DNA from: Candidatus Spechtbacteria bacterium
GTDB taxonomy: Bacteria > Patescibacteriota > Minisyncoccia > Spechtbacterales > JACPHP01
Assembly: GCA_016188605.1 (NCBI GenBank)
Contig: JACPHP010000015.1
Coordinates: 18,833-82,832, forward strand
Length of the DNA: 64,000 nucleotides
Direction of reading: 5' to 3'
Below the pieces are notes generated by a model, which was given only the letters and a program-made list of their open reading frames with translations, did no database searches and had not been told where the DNA came from. Shown one piece after another: positions 8,906 through 19,735 of the stretch (within the stretch, counting starts at the first letter, position 1; each line of letters starts with the position of its first letter). The position numbers and the translations under genes were made by a program.

Positions 8906-10840
8906 ATGTCCCCAGTAGAACCAAAACAACCAACATCACCGCGGGTTCCTCATAGACCGCGACATCGAGGCCTTGATATATCGAGGCACAATCCTTCAGG
9001 GCGTGGCACATCGGGCCAAAAAAGGTCTAGATTCGGCAGCCATGACCGCCAGCGACGCATTCGTGTCGCCCAATCACCGCTCACCGGCGCGCAGCCGGCG
9101 GGTTTTAACGTAGCTCCACAGCTTTCAGCAACCCCAGATGACCATGTAAAGATTATTCCAATGGGCGGGCTTGAGGAAGTAGGCCGAAATATGACAATTA
9201 TTGAGTATCGCGATAAGGTGCTCATAATAGACATGGGCTTACAGTTTCCAGAAGAAGATATGCCGGGCATCGATTACATCATCCCGAATATCTCATATCT
9301 TACCGAACCAACGCCTAATGGCCCTGGCCTGAATAAGATTGAAGGCAAAAAGAAAGAAGTGGTGGGCGTGGTAATCACCCACGGCCACATGGATCATGTC
9401 GGAGCAATTCCTCTTATTATTCCCAAAATAGATAATCCAACAATTTATGCTTCCGCTCTTTCGCGCGGCATCATCTTGAAGCGCCAGCAAGATTACCCAA
9501 ATGCGGCTCCGCTAGATATCCGAGAAGTAACCAAAGACACCGTGCTTGAGCTTGGCGCATTCCATATAGAATTTTTCCATGTAAACCACAACATTCCGGG
9601 AAGCTTGGGCGTGGTTGTAAAAACACCTATGGGCACAATAATGCACACGGGCGATTTTAAATTTGACCATTCGCCCGTTGGCGACGAGCCAGCTGACTTT
9701 GCGCGCATCGTAGCGCTCGGTTCACAAGGGATTGATGTGCTAATGTCCGATTCAACAAATTCAGAAACTCCAGGCTATACAATTTCTGAAACACAAGTAC
9801 AAAAAAATCTTGAAGATATTGTAAAATCCGCGCCTGGCCGCATTGTGGCGGCAACATTCGGCTCGCTTGTAAGCCGCATCCAACAGCTCGTTATTATCGC
9901 GGAAAAATATAACCGCAAAGTAGCGCTTGATGGATATAGCATGAAGGCCGCGTTTGAAATTTCGCGCGAGCTTGGCTTTATCAAAGTTCAACGCGACACT
10001 ATGATTGATGTAAAAAATATCAACGACTACCCCGCTAACCGCGTTATGCTAATTTGCACGGGCGCGCAAGGCGAGGGCGAGGCGGTGCTGATGCGCATCG
10101 CAAACAAAGAGCACCGCTATTTTACTATTCAAAAAAATGACACGGTTATCTTTTCTTCGTCAGTCGTTCCCGGCAACGAGCGCACTGTTCAATCGTTGAA
10201 AGATATCTTAATGTATCAAGGCGCGCGAATGTACCATTCGCGATTGATGGATATTCACGCCTCCGGCCACGCCCAAGTGGAAGACCTGAAGCTGATGATT
10301 AACTTAGTTAAACCGCGCTATATTATCCCTATTCATGGAAACCACTATATGTTGCGCTTGCACGGTGATATTGCCGAAAGCATTGGCATGATCCCAAACC
10401 ATGTTCTTGTAGTAGGCAACGGCCATGTTGTTACGATGCGCAACCACGAGCTAACCGTCACCAAAGATCGAGTACAGACAAGCTATGTGATGGTTGACGG
10501 ACTTGGCATAGGAGACGTCGGCAATGTTGTGTTGCGCGACCGCCAGGCAATGGCGCAAGATGGCATGCTTGTGGTAATCGCAACAGTAGATAGCCAAACC
10601 GGTAAAGTTAAGGGTAATCCTGATATTATTTCCCGCGGGTTTATTTACCTGCGCGAATCAAAACCATTGCTCGCTGAAGTGCGCAAACGCACCAAAGAGA
10701 TCGTGGAGCACGCTTCAGCCCCCGACCGCGACAGCAACTGGGCGTATATAAAAACAGTTCTGCGCGACAAGCTTGGCGATTTCCTATTCCAGCAAACCAA
10801 ACGCCGCCCGATGGTGCTGCCAGTGGTGATTGAAGTATAA
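8906..10840 (+). CDS. rnj: Ribonuclease J
   Basis: GGLEEVGRNM, THGHMDHVG, HTGDFK, HASGH and RRPMVLPVVIEV motifs. Confidence 0.95.
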   Translation: MSPVEPKQPTSPRVPHRPRHRGLDISRHNPSGRGTSGQKRSRFGSHDRQRRIRVAQSPLTGAQPAGFNVAPQLSATPDDHVKIIPMGGLEEVGRNMTIIEYRDKVLIIDMGLQFPEEDMPGIDYIIPNISYLTEPTPNGPGLNKIEGKKKEVVGVVITHGHMDHVGAIPLIIPKIDNPTIYASALSRGIILKRQQDYPNAAPLDIREVTKDTVLELGAFHIEFFHVNHNIPGSLGVVVKTPMGTIMHTGDFKFDHSPVGDEPADFARIVALGSQGIDVLMSDSTNSETPGYTISETQVQKNLEDIVKSAPGRIVAATFGSLVSRIQQLVIIAEKYNRKVALDGYSMKAAFEISRELGFIKVQRDTMIDVKNINDYPANRVMLICTGAQGEGEAVLMRIANKEHRYFTIQKNDTVIFSSSVVPGNERTVQSLKDILMYQGARMYHSRLMDIHASGHAQVEDLKLMINLVKPRYIIPIHGNHYMLRLHGDIAESIGMIPNHVLVVGNGHVVTMRNHELTVTKDRVQTSYVMVDGLGIGDVGNVVLRDRQAMAQDGMLVVIATVDSQTGKVKGNPDIISRGFIYLRESKPLLAEVRKRTKEIVEHASAPDRDSNWAYIKTVLRDKLGDFLFQQTKRRPMVLPVVIEV

Positions 10841-11032
10841 TAATAAAATTATCTCAAATCTCAAATGGCAAATCTTAAATCTAAATCGCAAATCTAAAAT
10901 CTTATCCGTAGTTTTAAGATTTGAGTTATAGTTTTGCGATTTAAGATTTGAGTTTTGAGATATAATATTATTAGCACTTAAAAATTACAACATATTTTCT
11001 TAAATCGTAAATTTTATCTCTTAAATCTACTT

Positions 11033-12001
11033 ATGCGTATCTTAAGCGGCATCCAACCTACCGGCCAGCTCCATTTGGGAAACTATCTTGGAGCTTTGCA
11101 AAACTTTGTGGCATTGCAGGAAACTAACGACTGCTATTTCATGATAGCGGACTTGCACGCGCTAACAGTGGCGCACGAGCCAAAACAGCTCGCGCAAAAC
11201 ACGCGCGAGCTTATGCGCGCTTTTCTTGCCATTGGTCTTGATCCGAAACGTTCCGTGCTTTTTGTGCAATCGCATATTCCCGCGCACACCGAGCTTGCGT
11301 GGATCTTTAACACCATCACTCCGCTTGGCGAGCTTGAGCGCATGACACAATTTAAAGAAAAAACGGAACAGTCGTCATCTATAAATCTAGGGCTTCTTAG
11401 CTATCCCGTACTGATGGCGGCGGATATTTTACTGTATAAACCCCACGCAATACCCGTTGGCGAAGATCAGGTGCAACATCTTGAGATGACGCGCAGCATC
11501 GCTCGCAAATTCACCAATTTTTACGGAAAACTTTTTGTTGAGCCGGAAGCGATTTTAACAAAAAGCACCTCTCGTGTGATGTCGCTGCAAGACCCGACAA
11601 AAAAAATGTCCAAATCTCTTGGGCCGCAAAATTATGTTGGAATTTTTGAAGACGAAGAAATAATAAAGGATAAAATAAAAAAAGCCGTAACTGATTCAGG
11701 AAGCGAAGTAAAATATAATCCGAAAGCAAAGCCCGCCATTTCAAATCTTCTTGCAATTTACAGCATGATAAGCGGCATGACTATCCCGCAACTTGAAAAA
11801 AGATATGAGGGCCGAGGATACGCTGATTTTAAAAACGAACTTGCAGACGCCGTTATTAAACACCTTAAACCAATCAGAGAAAAATTCCAAAATATTTCAG
11901 ATGACGAAGCGGCTGAAATATTTGAAAAAGGCGGCCGCAAAGCAAGAACGGAAGCAGATGCGGTAATGAAGGTGGTGCGAAAACGAGTTGGACTGGTTTA
12001 G
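11033..12001 (+). CDS. trpS: Tryptophan--tRNA ligase
   Basis: SGIQPTG.LHLGNY, VGEDQ and KMSKS motifs. Confidence 0.97.
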   Translation: MRILSGIQPTGQLHLGNYLGALQNFVALQETNDCYFMIADLHALTVAHEPKQLAQNTRELMRAFLAIGLDPKRSVLFVQSHIPAHTELAWIFNTITPLGELERMTQFKEKTEQSSSINLGLLSYPVLMAADILLYKPHAIPVGEDQVQHLEMTRSIARKFTNFYGKLFVEPEAILTKSTSRVMSLQDPTKKMSKSLGPQNYVGIFEDEEIIKDKIKKAVTDSGSEVKYNPKAKPAISNLLAIYSMISGMTIPQLEKRYEGRGYADFKNELADAVIKHLKPIREKFQNISDDEAAEIFEKGGRKARTEADAVMKVVRKRVGLV

Positions 12002-12167
12002 TGAGTCGACTAAGATGTTGAATAGGAAAACGAAATAACGAATCATCCTCATAATCCTCGGCAGACAGGTGAATACAGAATCATGAATAGTGAATAGTGA
12101 ATACTAGAATACCGTATATCTAAATACAGTATTCATGATTCGTGATTCACTATTCACGATTCTAAGG

Positions 12168-13661
12168 TCACACGTACCCCAACTTTCCTGTCAATGACGC
12201 CACATGCTCGCGATCAAGCTTGTCTTGAATTTCCGGAAATGTCTCTAAAATATCCGCGAAGATATTTTTCATCTCCAGCACCCTCTCATCCGTCAACGCT
12301 TCAAAGCGCGCGGTGAGATACGGCGAGGTGTTGGATGCGCGGATCAACCCCCATGACTGCGCGTCAAACATCACGCGCGCGCCGTCAATTGTAATGACGT
12401 TGTATTTTTGCGACAACTCCGCGGACACGCGGCTTACTACATCGTGCTTTACGCTATCCTCGCACGGCAATTTAATTTCCGGCGTGCGCACGCGATGCGG
12501 AATAATAGAGAACATAGATGAAAATGGCCCGTCGTGCTCCGATAGTAAGCGCAGCATTAACGCCGCGGCATAAAAAGCATCATCAATCTTGTAGTAATCC
12601 TCGCAAATATAGATATGGCCGGATTTTTCTCCACCGAGAATAATATCCGGATCATGGCGCAGTGTGTCCTTAATATTAGCGTGCCCCGTGCGGTGCATCA
12701 AAGGAATGCCACCCAACTGCGGAATCATTTCTACCAGCACCTGGCTGCACTTAACGTCAAAAAGAATCTTTTTGCCAGGATTTCGCGACAGCGCGTCTTT
12801 GGCAAGAAACAGAATAAAATCATCGGCGTTTACGAATGTGCCGTTTTCATCCACAAAACCCACACGATCGCCGTCCGCGTCAAAGCCAATGCCGATATCG
12901 GCGCCAAGCTCCTTTACTCTTTTTGAAAGCATCTGCATATTTTGCGGAGCTTCAGGGTCGGGAATATGATTTGGAAAATACGCGTTCGGCTCAAGATACA
13001 AACCTTCCATTACATTACAGCCAAGCTTTGTAAAATAATCCATCACATACAATCCGGGCGTACCGTTGCCGCAATCAATTACAATGTTTAATTTCTTTTT
13101 TAATTTAATTCGCTCCAGGGCGTAGTCGCGATATTGCTCGTATGCGTTATTAAGCATTTCAATATTGCCCCTACTTTCCGCAACGTCGTAATCGTCATCA
13201 AGAACCATCTGGCGCATTCTTTGAAGTTCCTCGCCGTATATCGGAGCAGTGCCTTTTTTCGTCGGCTTAAAACCATTAAAAAAATACACATTGTGGCTAC
13301 CGGTAATGTTCACCCCCCCGTCCAAACCCAAATAAGACACCAGAAAATAAATCATCGGCGTCATGGTTTTGCCCGCGTCAACAACGTCAATGCCAACGCT
13401 AAGAATGCCGCCTACAAAAGCTCCTTTCAATTCCTCGGCATACGGGCGAATCTCGTAGCCGATAATTACTTTCTTTCCGCCGCCACGCTTTATTATGGCG
13501 CCATAAGCCATGCCGATTGCTTTTGCGGTTTCTAAATTAATAGTGACGCCCGGAAACTTTCCGTACCATTTTTCATACTCAGCAATTGCTTCGGATGTAA
13601 ATTCCACCCCAGCGACACCACGTATGTCATACTCACGGAATATATAGGGATCGATGTTCAT
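12168..13661 (-). CDS. Phosphomannomutase/phosphoglucomutase
   Basis: FREYDIRG, TGSHN, FDADGDR, GEKSGH and RASNT motifs; start placed at MNIDPYIF. Confidence 0.92.
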   Translation of the reverse strand: MNIDPYIFREYDIRGVAGVEFTSEAIAEYEKWYGKFPGVTINLETAKAIGMAYGAIIKRGGGKKVIIGYEIRPYAEELKGAFVGGILSVGIDVVDAGKTMTPMIYFLVSYLGLDGGVNITGSHNVYFFNGFKPTKKGTAPIYGEELQRMRQMVLDDDYDVAESRGNIEMLNNAYEQYRDYALERIKLKKKLNIVIDCGNGTPGLYVMDYFTKLGCNVMEGLYLEPNAYFPNHIPDPEAPQNMQMLSKRVKELGADIGIGFDADGDRVGFVDENGTFVNADDFILFLAKDALSRNPGKKILFDVKCSQVLVEMIPQLGGIPLMHRTGHANIKDTLRHDPDIILGGEKSGHIYICEDYYKIDDAFYAAALMLRLLSEHDGPFSSMFSIIPHRVRTPEIKLPCEDSVKHDVVSRVSAELSQKYNVITIDGARVMFDAQSWGLIRASNTSPYLTARFEALTDERVLEMKNIFADILETFPEIQDKLDREHVASLTGKLGYV

Positions 13662-13767
13662 AAAAATATGAATTTTTAATTTTGAATTTATCACTATTTA
13701 CTCAATCCCAGTATACTCGCCTACGGGCATCTTCACAAGCTCTAAATACTATGCTAGACTGCCAGAC

Positions 13768-14379
13768 ATGGAAACTAAAACTACACCACAATCAAAAGAG
13801 GTGCGGACGTACCAGCTGACTTACATTCTTCCTCCCACAATCACCGAGGAAGCTGTGGCGCAGCGAAGAAATGAAATAACACAACAACTCACTGAAAAAG
13901 GAGCAAACGTCACTGAGGGTCGCGATGCATCGAAAAAGAAGCTCGCTTATCCTATTGCCGGGCAAACATACGGCTTTATGGGGGAAATACAATTCTGGGC
14001 ATCTTCGGAGGCTCTCCCCGCAATACAACAAGCCATCAAGCATATTGACGATTTGACGCGTTTTATGATTACTTACGAAAAACCGCGCAAGACGCAACAG
14101 CGCGTACGCCCAAGCATCAATAAAACAGCGGGGGCAATAGCAGAAAACCAGGCGAAAACAACTTCGCATGAAATAAAAGAAGCGCCTGCCTTCGCTAAAA
14201 GCTACGACGAGGCTAGGGAAGCGCCAAAGCAACCAACCGAAATTACGGCGGAAAAAACGGAAGGATTTGCGCGGGTATTTGACCAGCAAGAACAGCCGAA
14301 GAAAGAAACACACTTCAAAGAAAAAATCAGCATTGAAGATATTGATAAGCGATTGGATGAGATAATGAAGAACATATAA
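13768..14379 (+). CDS. rpsF: 30S ribosomal protein S6 with long C-terminal extension
   Basis: YQLTYIL...KKLAYPI...RFMI core; rpsF-ssb-rpsR synteny. Confidence 0.85.
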   Translation: METKTTPQSKEVRTYQLTYILPPTITEEAVAQRRNEITQQLTEKGANVTEGRDASKKKLAYPIAGQTYGFMGEIQFWASSEALPAIQQAIKHIDDLTRFMITYEKPRKTQQRVRPSINKTAGAIAENQAKTTSHEIKEAPAFAKSYDEAREAPKQPTEITAEKTEGFARVFDQQEQPKKETHFKEKISIEDIDKRLDEIMKNI

Positions 14380-14516
14380 TTTAATCTCAAAATTCAAATG
14401 TCAAATGTCAAAACTACGGTGTGAGTTTTCTTAAAGAAAACTCACTTATATAATCGCCATAGGCGATACCATAGTTTTGCGATTTGCGTTTTGAGATTTA
14501 AGATTAATTAAATACT

Positions 14517-15014
14517 ATGAATCTCAACAAAGCATTTGTCCTGGGACGACTAACTCGCGATCCTGAATCGCGCTCTACTCCATCAGGCCAGCAAGTGTGC
14601 AACTTCAGTATCGCTACCTCACGCATCTGGTACGATCAAGCGCGTCAAAAACAGGAAAAAACAGAATTTCACAATATAGTCGCCTGGGGACGGCTGGCGG
14701 AAATAGCGGGGCAATACCTCACGAAAGGCGCGTTGGTACTTGTTGAGGGACGTATTGAAACGCGGAGCTGGGAAGATCAGACGGGAGTAAAAAAATATCG
14801 CACGGAAATAATTGCCGAGAACATGCAAATGGGTCCACGAGCGCAAAACGCGGGTGGTGGAGCGCTGACGCAGAGCCAAGGCGCGTCGTCTTCACCAATG
14901 AATAATACCGCGCCAGTTCAATCAGCTCCATCACAAGACATTCCAACAATTGAGTCTGATACTCCCTATTCAAACGCAGATGATGAGATTGACGTAAAAG
15001 ATATACCTTTTTAG
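14517..15014 (+). CDS. ssb: Single-stranded DNA-binding protein
   Basis: LNKAFVLGRLTRDPE N-terminus and acidic DIPF C-terminus. Confidence 0.97.
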   Translation: MNLNKAFVLGRLTRDPESRSTPSGQQVCNFSIATSRIWYDQARQKQEKTEFHNIVAWGRLAEIAGQYLTKGALVLVEGRIETRSWEDQTGVKKYRTEIIAENMQMGPRAQNAGGGALTQSQGASSSPMNNTAPVQSAPSQDIPTIESDTPYSNADDEIDVKDIPF

Positions 15015-15129
15015 TCTCATTAGCGGCGTCACCGCTAATGAGACTCGCAGAATAACGCAGACTAAACGCAGAAAGACGCAGAAGACCTAAAAATAATTTT
15101 TCACTTTCAATTTTTATTTTAGTAAAAAT

Positions 15130-15339
15130 ATGATAAAACAATGCTATTATTGCACGCACGCGCAAAAGCCAGTTGACTGGAAAGATATCCAGACACTGCG
15201 CAAGTTCACCTCCACGCAAGGTAGAATCCTTGCTCCACGAGTTACAGGCGCGTGCAGCAAGCATCAAAGGAAAATCGCCCGCGCAATAAAGCGCGCTCGC
15301 GTCATGAGCTTGATGCCATTCACAATCCAGGCAGTATAA
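15130..15339 (+). CDS. rpsR: 30S ribosomal protein S18
   Basis: CYYC...DWKD...GRILAPRVTGACSKHQR...AIKRAR. Confidence 0.95.
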   Translation: MIKQCYYCTHAQKPVDWKDIQTLRKFTSTQGRILAPRVTGACSKHQRKIARAIKRARVMSLMPFTIQAV

Positions 15340-15378
15340 TCAAAAACACCACTGCAATTGCAGTGGTGTTTTTGATTT
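15339..15378. terminator. Bidirectional terminator-like perfect palindrome
   Basis: ATCAAAAACACCACTGCAATTGCAGTGGTGTTTTTGAT between convergent genes. Confidence 0.65.
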
Positions 15379-15467
15379 AGACAAAATAGAAGGCTACTTG
15401 GTGAAATGGAAAAGGACGGCATACGCTGTCCTTTTCCATTTTTTGTACTACCCATCTTACATATGTC

Positions 15468-16256
15468 TTACTTACTGTTAGAAATATTGTTCATTTTTTT
15501 ATCTATTTCCTCGTAAAGCTCTAACCCTGCTTGCTCAAAAACCTTCAATAAATCTTCATAGGTATCACTACCGCCAAGAAAATCCCAGAACTCAACACCT
15601 ACTAATACCTCATTTTGTAGATCAAAAAGCCCTTGCAGCGTCCAGCGTTCATATGGCCTTGGTTCGTAGGGATTATATGGAATAGCAACAATTGTTTTTA
15701 CTTTCGCTTTCGGATTTTCGCTTCCACGCATTGCGATCCAATCGAGCATTTGTTTCTTGATTCCGGTAAATTCATTAATATTTGGTTTTGCGCTTTTTAC
15801 TTCAAAATAATATTCTGTTTCATCTTCCATCTCCACGAAAAGATCGACGCGCTTTTTTAGTTTCTTTCCCATTTCACCTTTACCGGAGACAGACAGCACC
15901 TCTTTTGTTTCATTTTCTTTATCCGGTGATCGCGAAGTAGAGCGCAACTCGCGCATTATGCTATCAATTTTCAAAACTGCTTCACTGCTTATATATCCCT
16001 CAAACTCTTTATATTGTCCGATTGCGCGTTTGGCTCGTGGTTCGGCAATTATTTTTCCAACCTGTTCAAAAATCGATGTCCCAAGTATTGTATTTACCGA
16101 TTGAATAAAGGAAAACAGCGCCATTCTATCTTTGCCAAGCAAACGAAAATGAAATGGCATTGAATTTGTCTCGGGATTATACGTTACTAATTTTTGACGA
16201 ATTCTTCCAACCAAATACTCCTTAATTTGTTTCCTTTGTTGTATTGTAAGTGCCAT
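15468..16256 (-). CDS. Type II restriction endonuclease (TdeIII/MjaII-like)
   Basis: MPFH..LLGKD...SF..S..T.LG.SIFEQ, VDLF...FEVKSAKPN (PD-(D/E)xK), PYNPY, EFWDFLGG; adjacent to a methyltransferase. Confidence 0.8.
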   Translation of the reverse strand: MALTIQQRKQIKEYLVGRIRQKLVTYNPETNSMPFHFRLLGKDRMALFSFIQSVNTILGTSIFEQVGKIIAEPRAKRAIGQYKEFEGYISSEAVLKIDSIMRELRSTSRSPDKENETKEVLSVSGKGEMGKKLKKRVDLFVEMEDETEYYFEVKSAKPNINEFTGIKKQMLDWIAMRGSENPKAKVKTIVAIPYNPYEPRPYERWTLQGLFDLQNEVLVGVEFWDFLGGSDTYEDLLKVFEQAGLELYEEIDKKMNNISNSK

Positions 16257-16262
16257 ATTAAA

Positions 16263-17864
16263 TTAATTTCCGTTTTTAAAATGAAAAATTATTTCTGAAT
16301 ATGGATTTCTATCTCGTTCTGTACGATTCAATACGGGGCGCTTAAACTGATTCACGATCTTCATTCCTGATTTTTCAGCAATTGCAGGATAGAGATTATA
16401 TTTATCATTCGCAACAAGAAATGCATCAAAATCGTCAGTTAAAAATTTTCTACAATTAAGCAAAACTTTTGAGATTCCATCGACATACGATGCGCGTGCT
16501 TCTGCGCCCTGTCCTTTATAAAGAGGTCCTATTTCTAAACCATCATTACGCTCAAAGCCAAATAGATCGTATGCATAGGCATGCTGTTCGTGATAATCTA
16601 TCTGACCTACATACGGTGGTGAAGTAAAGATACCTTGTATTTTTTGTTTTTGTAAAACTTCATAACACTGCTTATTTCGTTTCCTAACCTCTTTAAAAAT
16701 ATCAACTGTCCGCGAATCGGCAGGAATAACCGAGTAATGAGCGCCAGTTTTCAATCCGGAAAATATTTTTAGTCGATAAACTGTATCAGTCGCATAATAA
16801 TCAAACCATGACTTGATAGAAAAAAGAGGCTTACATATTTTCTTATGCTTCCAGCAATAATAAGTAGTCAGTTGTGGTTCTTTGAGTGTCGCTAGGTCTG
16901 AATGAGTAGTGGCGCGACACGATCTAATAGTACGGCTTAAAATTACTGCTAAAGCTTTTTTGTTTTTGATATCCTTAATCTTTTTTACTTGCTCAAAGGC
17001 GAAGTCGATTTCTTTTCTAACATTTTTTATATACCACTTATCCAAGAAAGTCTTATCTTCCAATTGTTTTAATTCAATTCCATATTTTTTTACAAGATTC
17101 TTATAAATGCTTAAAAACTCCATTTCTTTTTCTGTGGCATATTTCTTTTCGTCATTGATTTGCCCACGCTGAACTTTATATTTAAAGTCTGGGCTTGGAA
17201 AATAAGAGTTATTAAACTCCGCCATAGATTCTAACAGCTCATTTTCAAATGCAATCATCTTACCATCTACCTCGTAACCCGTCATGGCTTGCTTAATTTT
17301 TTTTACCTCATTTTCAAGAGAGGTAATATCATAATCAAGTAACTTTACATCCGTCATCATGCAGTTGAAATGAGAAATATCGATGCCAATTGAATGCATG
17401 CCCATTTCAGTTGCTTGTACAAGTGTTGTGCCAGAGCCGGAAAACGGGTCCAAAATAATATCACCTGACTTGAAATACGCGCTTGTTTTAAAATCGTCGG
17501 TGTGGCTATCAATAAAATACTCTACTAATTGCGGAATAAACTTGCCCTTGTAGGGATGAAGCCTGTGGATATGTTTGGTCGTATCTTTCTCACGTAAATT
17601 GTCAAAAGATAATGCCCAATTTAAATCATTGCCAAGCTGCTTTTTCCAATTTATCTCTCTCTGCCCTTGATACGAGCCATAGTAATTTTTAAGATCACTA
17701 ACATCAACAAAAATAGAGTTACCGCCATTGTGCTTTTTCACTTTCCCGTACTGCACCAAATACGAGATATTCGATTCACTAACATCACGCTTGAGAAAAT
17801 CACTGGCCCACTGGCTAGCTTCTTTAATGGTTAGTAAATTTTTAGTTTGTTGTAAGATATTCAT
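16263..17864 (-). CDS. DNA methyltransferase (amino-MTase, probably N4-cytosine) with N-terminal HTH-like segment
   Basis: HPYKGKFIPQ, LDPFSGSGTT (motif I), FTSPPY (motif IV). Confidence 0.88.
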   Translation of the reverse strand: MNILQQTKNLLTIKEASQWASDFLKRDVSESNISYLVQYGKVKKHNGGNSIFVDVSDLKNYYGSYQGQREINWKKQLGNDLNWALSFDNLREKDTTKHIHRLHPYKGKFIPQLVEYFIDSHTDDFKTSAYFKSGDIILDPFSGSGTTLVQATEMGMHSIGIDISHFNCMMTDVKLLDYDITSLENEVKKIKQAMTGYEVDGKMIAFENELLESMAEFNNSYFPSPDFKYKVQRGQINDEKKYATEKEMEFLSIYKNLVKKYGIELKQLEDKTFLDKWYIKNVRKEIDFAFEQVKKIKDIKNKKALAVILSRTIRSCRATTHSDLATLKEPQLTTYYCWKHKKICKPLFSIKSWFDYYATDTVYRLKIFSGLKTGAHYSVIPADSRTVDIFKEVRKRNKQCYEVLQKQKIQGIFTSPPYVGQIDYHEQHAYAYDLFGFERNDGLEIGPLYKGQGAEARASYVDGISKVLLNCRKFLTDDFDAFLVANDKYNLYPAIAEKSGMKIVNQFKRPVLNRTERDRNPYSEIIFHFKNGN

Positions 17865-17865
17865 C

Positions 17866-18936
17866 TTACGCTTCGTGAATGCTCACTTTAATCTTCTTCT
17901 CAATTTCCTTGAGCACTGCTGAATTCTCTATCAAAAACTTTCGCGCGCCTTCCATGCCCTGGCCTAATTTGGTATCACCGTAGGCAAACCACGAACCCGC
18001 GCGCTCAACCACGTTATACTTTAATCCCACGTTAATTACATCAGCTATATAGGAAATACCTTCGTTGTACAAAATATCAAACTCCGCCGTACGGAAAGGC
18101 GCTGCCACTTTATTCTTTACTACTTTGGCATGTACTCTATTACCGATAATTTCTTCGCCTTGCTTAATTTGCGCGGCGCGGCGTACTTCTAGGCGCACTG
18201 ACGAGTAAAATTTCAGCGCGTTTCCGCCAGTGGTTGTTTCAGGATTCCCATATACAACGCCGATCTTCATGCGGATTTGATTGATGAAAATTACTGTAGT
18301 GTTTGTTTTGCTGGTAATTGCCGTGAGCTTGCGCAAAGCCTGCGACATTAGTCGCGCCTGAAGACCCATGTGCGAATCGCCCATCTCGCCCTCAATTTCC
18401 GCGCGTGGCGTCAGCGCCGCCACAGAGTCAACGATGATTACATCAACACTACCGGAACGCACGAGCGCTTCCACAATCTCAAGCGCCTGCTCGCCCGTAT
18501 CTGGCTGCGAAATAAGAAGAGTTTTAATATCTACCCCGATGCGCTTTGCGTATTCCGGATCAAGCGCGTGCTCCGCGTCAACAAATGCCGCGACTCCGCC
18601 GAGCTTCTGCGCCTGTGCCGCTATATGTAGCGTGAGTGTGGTTTTGCCTGAACTTTCCGGGCCGTAAATTTCAATGACACGGCCTCGTGGGATCCCTCCC
18701 ACGCCAAGCGCGATATCCAACGACAAAGAACCGGTAGGAATAATCTCTATGTTTTTGGCCGGCGCATCACCCATTTGCATAATCGCGCCCTCTCCAAAAC
18801 GCTTGCGAATATCGTTGATTGCCGCGTTCAGCTCTAGGGACTTGCCCTCCTTGCCCTGAGCATTGCCGAAGGGTTTGGCCTGGGATTTTGCTGAAGCCAA
18901 TTCATCTTTTTCTTCTTTCTGTGGTTTCTTGGACAT
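17866..18936 (-). CDS. recA: Recombinase RecA
   Basis: [33 protein letters not shown]. Confidence 0.98.
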   Translation of the reverse strand: MSKKPQKEEKDELASAKSQAKPFGNAQGKEGKSLELNAAINDIRKRFGEGAIMQMGDAPAKNIEIIPTGSLSLDIALGVGGIPRGRVIEIYGPESSGKTTLTLHIAAQAQKLGGVAAFVDAEHALDPEYAKRIGVDIKTLLISQPDTGEQALEIVEALVRSGSVDVIIVDSVAALTPRAEIEGEMGDSHMGLQARLMSQALRKLTAITSKTNTTVIFINQIRMKIGVVYGNPETTTGGNALKFYSSVRLEVRRAAQIKQGEEIIGNRVHAKVVKNKVAAPFRTAEFDILYNEGISYIADVINVGLKYNVVERAGSWFAYGDTKLGQGMEGARKFLIENSAVLKEIEKKIKVSIHEA

Positions 18937-19069
18937 AAAATTTTTATTAATTATACTTATCTCAAATCTTAAATCGCAAAACTCAAAACTGAATCTAAAA
19001 TCTCAAAACTTTTTCTGTAGATTTAAGGTTTGAATTGTAATTTTGCGATTTGCAATTTGAGTTTTGAGA

Positions 19070-19735
19070 TTACTCACTCACTCTAATTATTTTTCTCATA
19101 ACCTCCACCGATTGTCCATTATAACCAGATCCTTTAATGTATATTGTGTTTACGCCGTCGTTCAAAGATATGTCTATGCTGAAATTTCCGTCGCGACCGA
19201 TATTTGCATTTTTACCTGCGATCGTTAAACGCGCGGCGTACTGCGCGTGACCCGTAATTGTAATCTGCTGATCATGGACTATAATTTCCATCGCCTGCGG
19301 AGAAAAGATGTCAATACGAGGCTGTTTAGCCAATATAAAATACTGATAACCAAAAAAAGCTGTAATAATCAATGCGGCGACACCTCCCAAAAAATAAAAG
19401 ATGGGGCGAGATGTGATAACAAATGAACTTGCGGGCATACCAAGCCTTTTTTCACCTTGCCGCGCGCGCAAAAAGAATTCGTTTATGCGATCAAATTGAT
19501 CTAGCAACTCCGGTTTGTCCGCATTGCAAGCTTCCGCCCAATGCTTAACAAACCCCCGCACGTACACGGGCGGGGGAAGCGCGTCAAATTCTTCTGCTTC
19601 AAGACGCTCCAAATATTTTCTTTGAATTTTTGTTCTTACTGCAAGTTGTTCTACGGAAAAACCAGCGTCCTCGCGTGCTTTCTTCAGCCGCTCACCAAAA
19701 GACAATATATTTTGTGTTTTATTCGCTTGGATCAT
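19070..19735 (-). CDS. RodZ-like HTH membrane protein
   Basis: GERLKKARE...LE.EEFD.LP..VYVRGF HTH, one TM helix, Ig-like C-terminus; overlaps ftsK end. Confidence 0.8.
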   Translation of the reverse strand: MIQANKTQNILSFGERLKKAREDAGFSVEQLAVRTKIQRKYLERLEAEEFDALPPPVYVRGFVKHWAEACNADKPELLDQFDRINEFFLRARQGEKRLGMPASSFVITSRPIFYFLGGVAALIITAFFGYQYFILAKQPRIDIFSPQAMEIIVHDQQITITGHAQYAARLTIAGKNANIGRDGNFSIDISLNDGVNTIYIKGSGYNGQSVEVMRKIIRVSE

